A stretch of 64,000 nucleotides of DNA from Bacteroidales bacterium (GTDB lineage: Bacteria; Bacteroidota; Bacteroidia; Bacteroidales; UBA10428), in assembly GCA_016934055.1 (NCBI GenBank), contig JAFGTR010000020.1:628-64627 (forward strand), given 5' to 3'. Positions within the stretch are counted from its first letter, which is position 1, and every line of letters begins with the position of its first letter. Made by a program: the position numbers and the translations under genes. This document shows, piece after piece, positions 8,146-17,411 of this stretch. The notes below the pieces were generated by a model. It ran no database searches, was not told where the DNA came from, and saw only the letters and a list, made by a program, of their open reading frames with translations.

Positions 8146-10074
8146 ATGATGGTTAATCCGGTTGATTACAGCAAGCGCAAAAGCAGATCATACCTTAAAT
8201 CAATATTGATTTTTTATGGTTTTATTTCCGTTTTCACCAGCTGTGCAAAAGTTGGTTCTCCCACAGGCGGCCCTAAGGATGAAAATCCCCCGGCGGTCAT
8301 CGCATGCAGTCCGGAAAACGGCGCTGTGAACAACAAGACAAAAGACATAGAGATAACATTCGATGAATTCATTGTTCTGAAAAATCTCAACGAAGAGCTG
8401 GTCATCTCTCCGCCTCTGAAAGAAAAGCCCATTACGCGGATACGCAGCAAGACACTTGTCATCGACCTTAATAACAATCCCGCAGACAGCACCACCTACA
8501 CGCTAAATTTCGGAAATGCCATTGCTGATAACAATGAAGGCAACCTGTTGCCTGATTATGAATTTGTCTTTTCAACCGGTCCCTTTATCGATTCGTTATC
8601 TGTAACCGGCACGGCAGTTAATGCTTTTAACCTGAAACCCGAGAAAGAAAAAGTGTTTGTTATGCTGTATGATAACCTGGGTGATTCCGCACCCTACCTT
8701 GAACTGCCGGCCTATATAACCAAAACAGGCACGAATGGTAAATTTGCCATCAACAATATCAGGCCGGATACTTTCAGGCTTTTCGCCCTGAAAGATGTCA
8801 ATAACAATCTGAAGTTTGACATCCCTGATGAAATGATCGCCTTTGGCGATTCTGCCATCATTGTTTCACCGGAAAATGTTCAGAAGATCAATTTTGTCAA
8901 GGATTCCGCCCTGCTGAAACCCGTGCAGAAAGCCACTGATAAAGAAAAGGGCGCTGCTGCCGACACGATAGCGGCAGACAGCGTTTCATTCAAAGGAAAA
9001 GAATTGTATGCCGTGAATGCTGACCTCTTTCTTTTTGTTGAAGAAGATATGCGTCAGGGCATCATTGAAAAAGAAAGAGAATCCCGCGAATTGCTTACTT
9101 TCGTCTTCAACAGGACATTATTTGATTCGATACAGCTGATACCCCTGAACTTCACAGCGGAGAACTGGTATCTGAAGGATATTTCGCAAAATAAAGATAC
9201 TGCCAGCTTTTGGATTACAGACAGCACGCTGATCAAACTGGATACCCTTTCCCTGGCTGTGTCATATTCAACAACCGACTCAGCCCTGAATTTTGTAACG
9301 CGGACAGACACAATAACCTTCCTGTACAGGATAAAGGAGGATAAAAGCAAGCCGGGCCGCAAAACCAAAGAAACCTTACCCGACCAGGATTCTCTGCTGA
9401 TATCATTATCGGCCAACATCCGTAATCAATCTGTTGCCAACCTTAACCAGTCCATCCTGATCATCTCGCCCAGGCCCGTTTCTTCATATGATATTCATAA
9501 GTTCAGCCTTTACCGCTTTGAGGATACACTGCAATACAGTCAGCCCGTGAAATTTGCCGAAGACACATCAGCTCTTTATACAGTAAAATTTTCAACCGAC
9601 TGGACAGAAAATACGGCATACCGGTTGTTGGTTGAACCGGGTGCTGTTACAGATATTTACGGCGCCACCAATGATACTTTTGAGATTTCTTTCAGGACGC
9701 AAAAAGGCGACTATTACGGTCGTATTATGCTTTCGCTGAAAAGCCGTGAATTCCCTGTCATTGTTCAACTCACAGATGAGAAAGAAAACAGGATTGCTGA
9801 AAAATCAATAACAAAAGATGAGGTTGTCACTTTTGATTTTCTTTCACCCAAAAAATACAGGTTTAAAGCTGTCATTGACAAAAACGGCAACAGGAAATGG
9901 GATACCGGTAATTACCTCAAACACATCCAGCCCGAAAAAGTCATTAATTATCCCGGGCTGATGGATGTTCGCTCAAACTGGGATGTTGAAATCAGCTGGA
10001 GCCTTGACGGGGGAGAGCAGAGCGGGAATGAGAATGAGAATGAGGAAAGGTATCCGGTAAACGGTATTCGGTAA
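8146..10074 (+). CDS. Ig-like (Big_5/SbsA-type) domain lipoprotein
   Basis: The track ORF starts at a TTG (8134); I prefer the ATG at 8146. Lipobox ISVFTSC, then the GSPTGGPKDENPP...ITFDEFIVL pattern typical of bacterial Ig-like domain lipoproteins. The last codons (GNENENEERYPVNGIR) are encoded by tandem repeats. Confidence 0.7.
   Translation: MMVNPVDYSKRKSRSYLKSILIFYGFISVFTSCAKVGSPTGGPKDENPPAVIACSPENGAVNNKTKDIEITFDEFIVLKNLNEELVISPPLKEKPITRIRSKTLVIDLNNNPADSTTYTLNFGNAIADNNEGNLLPDYEFVFSTGPFIDSLSVTGTAVNAFNLKPEKEKVFVMLYDNLGDSAPYLELPAYITKTGTNGKFAINNIRPDTFRLFALKDVNNNLKFDIPDEMIAFGDSAIIVSPENVQKINFVKDSALLKPVQKATDKEKGAAADTIAADSVSFKGKELYAVNADLFLFVEEDMRQGIIEKERESRELLTFVFNRTLFDSIQLIPLNFTAENWYLKDISQNKDTASFWITDSTLIKLDTLSLAVSYSTTDSALNFVTRTDTITFLYRIKEDKSKPGRKTKETLPDQDSLLISLSANIRNQSVANLNQSILIISPRPVSSYDIHKFSLYRFEDTLQYSQPVKFAEDTSALYTVKFSTDWTENTAYRLLVEPGAVTDIYGATNDTFEISFRTQKGDYYGRIMLSLKSREFPVIVQLTDEKENRIAEKSITKDEVVTFDFLSPKKYRFKAVIDKNGNRKWDTGNYLKHIQPEKVINYPGLMDVRSNWDVEISWSLDGGEQSGNENENEERYPVNGIR
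10026..10043 (+). repeat. (GAATGA)x3 tandem hexamer
   Basis: Read directly. The same hexamer array recurs at 52487-52503, 62242-62259 and 62288-62317. Confidence 0.9.
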
Positions 10075-10082
10075 TCGGTAAA
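10055..10082 (+). repeat. (CGGTAWW)x4 tandem heptamer (cggtaaa cggtatt cggtaat cggtaaa)
   Basis: Read directly. It spans the stop codon of the Ig-like lipoprotein gene. Confidence 0.85.
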
Positions 10083-10097
10083 CCTTGCGCGGGCCGA

Positions 10098-10811
10098 CTA
10101 CCACAACTTCGCATAAGCCAGGGTAAGAATACTCACCTGCGTGCCTTCAACGGAAAGTATGGGCGCAGCGCAGGCCTCAAGTGTCGATCCGGTGGTGACA
10201 ACATCATCTACCAGTAAAACATGCTTATTCTTAAGCTTTTCAGGATGTATCACCCTGAAAATCCCTTCGACATTTGACCAGCGTTCATATTTCGATTTGC
10301 GTGTCTGTGTATCAGTATACATTACCCTTTCAACCAGGCCTGTTTCCATTGGAAGTGAAAGGCTTTCAGAAAGGCCTTTTGCTATAAGTTCACTCTGGTT
10401 ATAGCCTCTCTTCCTTTGCTTCCTGACATGCAACGGAACCGGATGGATAAGGTCGGCATGGCAGAAAGGGGTGTTTACCAGTTCGTGGCCATACCATCTG
10501 CCCATCTCCATGCCCAAATGCCGGCAATTATGATATTTCACCTTATGGATGATGTTCTGAAAGCGGCTGCCCTTCTGGTAAAAAAAAAAAGAAGCAGCAT
10601 TTTTTATCATCACCCGGCCCCAAAAAAGCCTGGCTGTATCATTCGCAGGATCGAGATGAAAGCCGGTGCGCGGAAATTCGCAGTTGCATTTCAGGCAAAG
10701 TATACTCTCATTGCCATACAATACACCAGAACAGGCCGGACAAAGCCTTGGAAAAAACAAGCCGGCCAGGCTTTCTCCCATAACGGACAGTTTGTCTCTG
10801 AGATATTTCAA
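10098..10811 (-). CDS. ComF family protein (amidophosphoribosyltransferase-like)
   Basis: 237 aa. N-terminal Cys-rich zinc finger (CPACSG ... CLKCNC) and C-terminal PRPP-binding motif VLLVDDVVTTGSTL. Confidence 0.85.
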   Translation of the reverse strand: MKYLRDKLSVMGESLAGLFFPRLCPACSGVLYGNESILCLKCNCEFPRTGFHLDPANDTARLFWGRVMIKNAASFFFYQKGSRFQNIIHKVKYHNCRHLGMEMGRWYGHELVNTPFCHADLIHPVPLHVRKQRKRGYNQSELIAKGLSESLSLPMETGLVERVMYTDTQTRKSKYERWSNVEGIFRVIHPEKLKNKHVLLVDDVVTTGSTLEACAAPILSVEGTQVSILTLAYAKLW

Positions 10812-10828
10812 AAAAGAAGATTTTTTTT

Positions 10829-11245
10829 CTATTCCGTTATCTTTATTTCATAACTGATTTTCATGGTTTTCCGGTATACGGCACTTACACCACAATACCT
10901 GTCCTGTGAAAGCTCTATCGCTTTTTTCAGCTTGTCAAGCGGAAGATCTTTGCCTTTGAATTCATAGACGGTGTGCATGGCAACAAAATGTTTCGGATGT
11001 TCCTCGGTTAACTCACCTTCAACTTTTACATTGAAGCTTTCAAAATCAACCCTCATCTTCTTTAACAGCGATGCCACATCCATGCCTGTACAACCTGCCA
11101 GGGAAACCATCATAAGCGGTTTCGGACTGGGTCCTTTGTCTTTTCCGCCAACAGCCTCATTTGCATCAATAATAAAGCTGTGCCCATCAACTTTTGCTTC
11201 AAAAGTCAGATTTCCCAACCAATTAACATTAATCGAATCTTTCAT
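10829..11245 (-). CDS. OsmC/Ohr family peroxiredoxin-like protein
   Basis: The track ORF extends to 11326; I start at the internal MKDSINVNW (11245). The pattern GGKDKGPSPKPLMMVSLAGCTGMDV ... SQDRYCGV shows the two conserved Cys of OsmC. Confidence 0.8.
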   Translation of the reverse strand: MKDSINVNWLGNLTFEAKVDGHSFIIDANEAVGGKDKGPSPKPLMMVSLAGCTGMDVASLLKKMRVDFESFNVKVEGELTEEHPKHFVAMHTVYEFKGKDLPLDKLKKAIELSQDRYCGVSAVYRKTMKISYEIKITE

Positions 11246-11310
11246 ATTTACTGATAATTTTAATACCTTTATTTTCAAATTTAATGAATAAACTGAAGTT
11301 GCAACAAATA

Positions 11311-11359
11311 AAGAGTCAAGAATCAAGAGTATAGACTATAGAACAAAGAATAAAGATTT
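11311..11359 (+). repeat. 7-nt periodic purine-rich tract (aagagtc aagaatc aagagta tagacta tagaaca aagaata aagattt)
   Basis: Read directly. Its first 17 nt nearly match 52589-52606 (aagagcc aagaatc aaga). Confidence 0.75.
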
Positions 11360-11429
11360 GTTGTTCATAAATCGTACTCTGAATTTGGAACTGACAACCT
11401 GAATTGTTGAATATGATTAATAAAAGACA

Positions 11430-12134
11430 ATGAGAAACAACATTACACCATTTAAAAAAGATTTTATGATTGACAGTTCATCCATATTCCGCCATCTCAC
11501 ACCTGAAGAAATGGCCCAGATTCCACTTGAACAGGAGCCTGAGTTCTATAAACGCGGTACCATTATTTATTCAGAAGGTCAGCGTATTAACGGATTTTAT
11601 TGCGTTCAGAAAGGCATTATCAAAATATACAAAACCGGTTTTGACGGCAAGGAACAAATCATACGTTTTGCCAAAAAAGGTGATATCATGGGCTTCAGGT
11701 CAACTGTTTCACGTGAAAGAGCCTGCACAACGGCAAAAGTACTGGAAGATGCCTATATTACTTTCATTCATGGAGATATCGTCATTGATTTTATACGGCA
11801 CAACGGTAATTTTGCTCTTGAGCTCTTACAAATAGCCTGCAAGGAACTTGGAGAAGCCAATGATTATATCACCGATATTGCTCAGAAAACTGTAAGGGAA
11901 CGCCTCGCCGAAGTCATCATTCACCTTAAAAAAGAATTTGACCTTGATAACGAAAAATATTTGCAGATATCTCTCACGCGTGAAGAACTTGCCAACATGG
12001 TAGGAACGGCAACTGAATCTGTTATACGCCTGCTTTCAGAGTTTAAGCAGGACGGCTTTATTGAAATACATGGCAGGCGGATCAAGGTGCTGGATGAGAA
12101 AGCCCTTGTGAAAATCGCAAATATGACTGACTGA
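11430..12134 (+). CDS. Crp/Fnr family transcriptional regulator
   Basis: 234 aa. A cNMP-binding beta-barrel (GFYCVQKGIIKIYK ... GDIMGFRS) and a C-terminal HTH (REELANMVGTATESVIRLLSEF). Confidence 0.85.
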   Translation: MRNNITPFKKDFMIDSSSIFRHLTPEEMAQIPLEQEPEFYKRGTIIYSEGQRINGFYCVQKGIIKIYKTGFDGKEQIIRFAKKGDIMGFRSTVSRERACTTAKVLEDAYITFIHGDIVIDFIRHNGNFALELLQIACKELGEANDYITDIAQKTVRERLAEVIIHLKKEFDLDNEKYLQISLTREELANMVGTATESVIRLLSEFKQDGFIEIHGRRIKVLDEKALVKIANMTD

Positions 12135-12151
12135 TCCGAAATCACCTGTTT

Positions 12152-13069
12152 GTGCATACGCGTGAACACGAAATAAAAAAAGCATCATGGGTCTCCATGA
12201 CCGGCAATGCTTTGCTGGCTCTTATGAAAATCGTAGCCGGATCGGTATCCGGCAGCTTTGCCGTAATTGGTGACGGCATCGATTCATCAACCGATGTTGT
12301 TATTTCTTTTATTACACTTTTAACAGCCCGTGTTCTTTCAAAGCCTCCAGATAAACAGTATCCTTATGGTTATGGCAAAGCCGACACCATTGCCACCAAA
12401 ATTCTTTCCTTTTTCATTTTCTTTGCCGGCCTGCAATTGATCATCACCACAACCAGCAAGATGATCTCGGGAGAAATCACTTCCTTACCTTCCCGCCTGG
12501 CCATTTATGTTACCGTTATATCAATTGCAGGTAAACTGGCCCTGGCTTATTACCAGTTCAGGACTGGAAAAAGAACAGGCAGTTTCATGTTAATTGCCAA
12601 CGGCAAAAATATGCAGAACGATGTGGTGATTTCCCTGTCCGTTTTAACAGGCCTTATATTTGTCTATGTTTTTAAGCTGGCCATTCTTGATAAAATCGCA
12701 GCTCTCCTTGTAGGCCTCTGGATCTTAAAAGTCGCGTACCAGATATTTATGCGGACAAATATCGAATTGATGGACGGGACAAAAGACTGCTCTGTTTATA
12801 ATAAAATATTCAAGGCCATAGCAAAAGTCGACGGTGTTCATAATCCTCACCGTGTGAGAGTTCGCGATATAGGGTATAAACTGATGATCAGCATTGACAT
12901 AGAAGTCGACGGAAACCTTACACTGTCAGAAGCTCATACGATTGCACATGAAGTTGAAAACGCCATTAAATCGGAAATCGACAATGTGTTTGATGTGACA
13001 ATTCATGTGGAACCTTTGGGAGACAAGATTCTTGAAAAAGATCTGGGCATATCCAGAGATAAACTCTGA
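12152..13069 (+). CDS. cation diffusion facilitator family transporter (FieF-like)
   Basis: 305 aa with a GTG start. Six TM helices, GDGIDSSTDV and QNDVVIS metal-site regions, and a C-terminal dimerisation domain (HNPHRVRVRDIGYKLMISIDIEV). Confidence 0.8.
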   Translation: MHTREHEIKKASWVSMTGNALLALMKIVAGSVSGSFAVIGDGIDSSTDVVISFITLLTARVLSKPPDKQYPYGYGKADTIATKILSFFIFFAGLQLIITTTSKMISGEITSLPSRLAIYVTVISIAGKLALAYYQFRTGKRTGSFMLIANGKNMQNDVVISLSVLTGLIFVYVFKLAILDKIAALLVGLWILKVAYQIFMRTNIELMDGTKDCSVYNKIFKAIAKVDGVHNPHRVRVRDIGYKLMISIDIEVDGNLTLSEAHTIAHEVENAIKSEIDNVFDVTIHVEPLGDKILEKDLGISRDKL

Positions 13070-13112
13070 ACAGGATTTTAAAGATTAAATGAATAACAGG
13101 ATATTTCTGCCT

Positions 13113-13508
13113 TTATGATTTCATGAAGTGCATTATCCTCTCAAGCAATTTTAACGGTTCATAAGGCTTGGCGATATAATCATCACACCCTGCTTTCAGA
13201 CAGGCAATCCTCTCTTTCTCCATGGCAAAAGCAGTCTGTGCAATAATGGGCAAAAGCGGTTTGATTTTTTTTATCTCAACAGTGGCTTTATATCCATCCA
13301 TTTCCGGTAACTTGATATCCATGAGGATCAGATCAATTATCTTTTTCCTGACTATATCAACAGCCATAATACCATTATCAGCCCTGATAATGGTTGCATG
13401 CGTTCGTTTTAATATTTCATGAATGTATGCGTAATTATGATCTTCATCTTCCACAACCAGCAATACTTTTCCATGCCAGTCAGGTTTGGTTGGTTTCCTT
13501 TCCTCCAT
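13113..13508 (-). CDS. stand-alone response regulator receiver protein (CheY-like)
   Basis: 131 aa. VLLVVEDEDHN, phospho-acceptor context LILMDIKLPEMDG, and conserved T and K (AQTAF, YIAKP). Confidence 0.85.
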   Translation of the reverse strand: MEERKPTKPDWHGKVLLVVEDEDHNYAYIHEILKRTHATIIRADNGIMAVDIVRKKIIDLILMDIKLPEMDGYKATVEIKKIKPLLPIIAQTAFAMEKERIACLKAGCDDYIAKPYEPLKLLERIMHFMKS

Positions 13509-13741
13509 GTTAAGATAACGTCTTTTCTCTATAAAATAATCCTTAGGTTAAGGTAAGGAATTTACTTCTTCTTTCCAACTGATTTTTTTCTGAAAAACAA
13601 AAATTATCATAAGACGCCATGCCATTTGTAATTATTTTTCAACGTGTTTAAAAATCAATAACCCAACAATGATATCCTTTGACATAATTTAAGACCTTTG
13701 ACATCATGTAGCAAACCTTAGTTCACTTAATTTTATAACGA

Positions 13742-15892
13742 ATGGGACATAAAAAAAGGAAGACCGTTACTGCGGGAATTAACAGGAAGACCTTAACAAA
13801 CAGCATACTGGCTATTTTTTCCAATCACCCGAGAAAGACCTATAATTACAAACAGCTTGCAAAACAATTGCTTATCACCGATTCACATGAGAAAAGGCTG
13901 ATCTCGGAAGTCCTTTATGAACTGAAAAACAGGGATGCCCTGATAGAGATATCGACCGGCAAATTCAAACTTAAATCTGCCGGCGGACATGTGATCGGAA
14001 AAGTTCAGATCGTTACCGGCGGTTACGGCTTTGTAACTTCAGAAACCTTAAAGCAGGATGTCTTTGTTTCCCAGAATAACCTGCATCACGCCTTGGATGG
14101 TGACACCGTGAAGGTCTATGTCTATGCCCGCCGGAAAACAGAAGATCTTGAAGGTGAGGTCATTGAAATTATTGAACGGGCCCGTGATTCTTTTGTCGGT
14201 GTTATTGAACGGTATGAAAAATATGCCTTTATGACGCCTGACAGCAAACAAATGCATGTCGACCTTTTTATACCCCTTGAAAAATTAAACGGGGCAGAGC
14301 ACGGGCAAAAGGTCATCGCCCGGATAACCGACTGGCCGAAAAATGCCAAAAACCCTTTTGGAGAAGTCATTGAAATACTCGGAAAACAGGGAGAACATGA
14401 AACCGAGATGCATGCCATACTGGCTGAATTTGGTCTTCCCTTCAGGTTTTCTGAAGCTGTTGAAGAAGAGGCGGCCGGCATACCTGATACGGTCACTGAA
14501 AAGGAATATTCCTCACGCCGCGACTTTCGTCATGTGCCAACTTTCACCATTGATCCGGAAGATGCCAGGGACTTCGACGATGCTCTTTCAATACAACATA
14601 CGGCTGATGGAAACTGGGAAGTCGGCGTGCATATCGCCGATGTCACCCATTATGTCAAACCCGGCAGCCTTATTGACCAGGAAGCACTGCAACGGGCTAC
14701 CTCTGTTTACCTTGTCGACAGGGTGGTTCCGATGTTGCCGGAAAGACTCTCAAATTTCCTGTGCTCTCTCCGGCCTGATGAGGAAAAACTGTGCTTTTCT
14801 ACAGTGCTCACCATGAACGACAATGCCGAAGTGCTTTCGCAATGGTTTGGCCGCACCATTATCAAATCAAAACGCCGGTTCACATACAGCGAAGCACAGC
14901 AAATCATCGACACCGGTGACGGTGACCTGAAGGAAGAAATGCTGAAATTGAATGAACTTGCCATAATACTGAGAAAACGACGCTTTCAGAACGGATCAAT
15001 AGCTTTTGAACGTGATGAGCTGAAAATTGACGTGGACGAAAAGGGCAGGCCCCTGCGGATTTATTACAGAGACCACGGAGCTTCTCATGAACTGATAGAG
15101 GAATTTATGCTGTTGGCCAACCATTGCGTGGCCACCCATATAGGTAAGGTAAAAGATAAAAAGGATAAAAAAACTTTTGTTTACCGTATCCACGACAGGC
15201 CGGATGAAGAAAAACTCAGAAAGGTGTCTCATTTCATCAGGAAATTCGGCTACAGCATATCCCTGACATCAGGAAAAAAGACCGCTGAAACGATCAACAA
15301 ATTGCTGACCGATGTGAAAGGTACCAGTGAACAGGATATTGTTGAAAACCTGGCCCTGCGCGCCATGGCAAAAGCCGAATATTCCACGGTTAACATCGGA
15401 CACTATGGCCTGGCCTTCGACTACTACACCCATTTTACCTCGCCGATACGGCGTTATCCTGATGTGATGGTGCACCGGCTTCTGCATGAATATCTCAGGG
15501 GCGCATCTTCAAAAAATAAAAAAGAATACGAGAAGATGTGCAGGCATTCCACGAAGATGGAAATTCTTGCCATGGAGGCTGAAAGAGCATCTATCAAATA
15601 CAAACAGGTTGAATTCCTGCAGGATAAAACAGGACAACAGTTTGATGGCATCATTTCAGGCGTGACCGAATGGGGTATCTATGTTGAGATCATAGAGAAC
15701 AAATGTGAAGGCATGGTATCAATAAGGGGTCTGAAAGATGATTTTTACGAATACGATGAAGACAATTACTGTATAAGGGGAAGACGGTCCGGCAAGAAAT
15801 ACCAGATTGGTGATCCGGTGAGGATTGAAGTTCTTAAGACTAACCTCATCCGTAAACAGATTGATTTTGCCCTGGTAAGCGACGAAGAATAA
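13742..15892 (+). CDS. rnr: ribonuclease R
   Basis: 716 aa. N-terminal HTH/cold-shock-like region, RNB catalytic domain (DPEDARDFDDAL, HYGLAFDYYTHFTSPIRRYPD), and a C-terminal S1 domain. Confidence 0.9.
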   Translation: MGHKKRKTVTAGINRKTLTNSILAIFSNHPRKTYNYKQLAKQLLITDSHEKRLISEVLYELKNRDALIEISTGKFKLKSAGGHVIGKVQIVTGGYGFVTSETLKQDVFVSQNNLHHALDGDTVKVYVYARRKTEDLEGEVIEIIERARDSFVGVIERYEKYAFMTPDSKQMHVDLFIPLEKLNGAEHGQKVIARITDWPKNAKNPFGEVIEILGKQGEHETEMHAILAEFGLPFRFSEAVEEEAAGIPDTVTEKEYSSRRDFRHVPTFTIDPEDARDFDDALSIQHTADGNWEVGVHIADVTHYVKPGSLIDQEALQRATSVYLVDRVVPMLPERLSNFLCSLRPDEEKLCFSTVLTMNDNAEVLSQWFGRTIIKSKRRFTYSEAQQIIDTGDGDLKEEMLKLNELAIILRKRRFQNGSIAFERDELKIDVDEKGRPLRIYYRDHGASHELIEEFMLLANHCVATHIGKVKDKKDKKTFVYRIHDRPDEEKLRKVSHFIRKFGYSISLTSGKKTAETINKLLTDVKGTSEQDIVENLALRAMAKAEYSTVNIGHYGLAFDYYTHFTSPIRRYPDVMVHRLLHEYLRGASSKNKKEYEKMCRHSTKMEILAMEAERASIKYKQVEFLQDKTGQQFDGIISGVTEWGIYVEIIENKCEGMVSIRGLKDDFYEYDEDNYCIRGRRSGKKYQIGDPVRIEVLKTNLIRKQIDFALVSDEE

Positions 15893-15909
15893 TGTAAATC
15901 ATTAAATTC

Positions 15910-17193
15910 ATGATATTAAATTATATCTGGATCGGCTTTTTTGTTGTTGGCTTTATCATAGCCCTGATCCGCCTGACCGGATATTATTTCCGTGACTTCT
16001 TCCAGCAGGCCCTTAATATTGTTTTTGACCAGGCTGACAGGGATGTATTTCAGGCCATTGTCGACAGCACTTTTCAGAATGCCGAGACAGCCGTGAATAT
16101 TTCGATATATCTCATCGGCGTCATGACGCTGTGGCTGGGTATTATGAAAATCGGCGAAAAAGGAGGCGCAGTCGGAGGTATGTCAAAGCTTGTGGGTCCT
16201 TTCTTTAACAGGCTCTTCCCCGATCTGCCCCGCAACCACCCGGCCATTGGTTCTATGCTGATGAATATTTGTGCTAACATGCTGGGTCTTGATAATGCAG
16301 CCACCCCTCTCGGACTAAAGGCCATGAAAGATCTCCAGGATGCCAACAAAAACAGTGATACAGCATCCGATTCCATGATCATGTTCATTGTGCTGAACAC
16401 TTCCGGACTCACCATCATTCCCATCAGCATACTGGCCATGCGCGCAGCCTGCAATGCTCAGGATCCTACTGATGTCTTTGTGCCCCTGCTGATTGCAACC
16501 TATGTATCCACACTGGCTGGTTTGCTTTATGTTTCATTTGTCCAGAGAATTAAACTTTACCAGCCCGTCATACTGGCTTATATCCTTGGCATAACGGCTT
16601 TTATCGGTGGCATGATCTGGTATCTTCATACGCTTACCCCTGAAAAGGTCTCAGCCTTTTCAGGCACAGCCGGCAATTTTCTGCTCTTTTTAATTATCAT
16701 TTTGTTTCTCTTCCTGGGTATCCGCAAAAAGGTTAATCTTTACGAAACTTTTATTGAAGGCGCCAAAGAAGGTTTTGCCGTGGCCATAAAAATAATCCCG
16801 TACCTGGTTGCCATGCTTGTTGCCATTGGGGTTTTCAGAGCTTCAGGTGCCATGGAATTCCTGCTGTCAGGTCTTGAAAAATTCTTTGCCCTTTTCGGCT
16901 TGAATACTGACTTCGTCGATGCCCTGCCTGTGGCTTTTATGAAACCTCTGAGCGGCAGCGGCGCAAGAGGGTTAATGGTTGAAACCATGAACACCTATGG
17001 CGCCGACTCATTTCCGGGATTCCTTTCCTGCCTGTTCCAGGGCTCAACCGAAACGACCTTTTATACGGTTGCAGTGTATTATGGCGCCGTTAACATTAAT
17101 AAAACACGGTATACCGTTGCCGGCGGACTCTTTGCCGACCTTGCCGGCATCATCGCCGCCATATTTGTGGCATACCTGTTTTACCAGGGGTGA
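15910..17193 (+). CDS. nucleoside recognition (Gate) domain membrane protein, fused SpmA/SpmB-like
   Basis: 427 aa polytopic membrane protein. Pattern LWLGIMKIGEKGG ... ANMLGLDNAATPLGLKAM ... TTFYTVAVYYG is typical of spore-maturation A/B-like proteins. Confidence 0.7.
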   Translation: MILNYIWIGFFVVGFIIALIRLTGYYFRDFFQQALNIVFDQADRDVFQAIVDSTFQNAETAVNISIYLIGVMTLWLGIMKIGEKGGAVGGMSKLVGPFFNRLFPDLPRNHPAIGSMLMNICANMLGLDNAATPLGLKAMKDLQDANKNSDTASDSMIMFIVLNTSGLTIIPISILAMRAACNAQDPTDVFVPLLIATYVSTLAGLLYVSFVQRIKLYQPVILAYILGITAFIGGMIWYLHTLTPEKVSAFSGTAGNFLLFLIIILFLFLGIRKKVNLYETFIEGAKEGFAVAIKIIPYLVAMLVAIGVFRASGAMEFLLSGLEKFFALFGLNTDFVDALPVAFMKPLSGSGARGLMVETMNTYGADSFPGFLSCLFQGSTETTFYTVAVYYGAVNINKTRYTVAGGLFADLAGIIAAIFVAYLFYQG

Positions 17194-17204
17194 ATGCCAT
17201 AGTT

Positions 17205-17411
17205 TTATCGTATGACAACAGACAGCAAATGATGCCTGCCATATTTCTGTTTCAAAAACAAGGTCTGCTTTTTAACAACTTTATCATTTTCAATAATTTC
17301 CAACTGATACAGGCCCCTGTTGAACTGCGATACATCAAACGCCATTTCCATGGTTTCAGGCACCAGGGGTATGCACACTTTGATATCAGGCTTTAAAAAT
17401 TTGAAAAACAC
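17205..17411 (-). pseudogene. possible relic of a T9SS (Por) C-terminal sorting domain
   Basis: The 68-aa ORF contains FDVSQFNRGLYQLEIIENDKVVKKQTLFLKQ. This resembles the last two strands of a type-A T9SS CTD (D.S.L..G.Y...I......K.L.K), but it has no passenger domain and 13 extra codons follow. Weak call. Confidence 0.3.

Noticed and set aside
14122-14496. Antisense and out-of-frame ORFs inside long genes (this one, plus e.g. 2096..2368, 16074..16454, 43579..43989, 58532..58981, 25061..25402)
   Set aside because: These are shadow ORFs on the opposite strand or in an alternative frame of well-supported genes. Their sequences are low-complexity or Ser/Cys/Phe-rich with no motifs.
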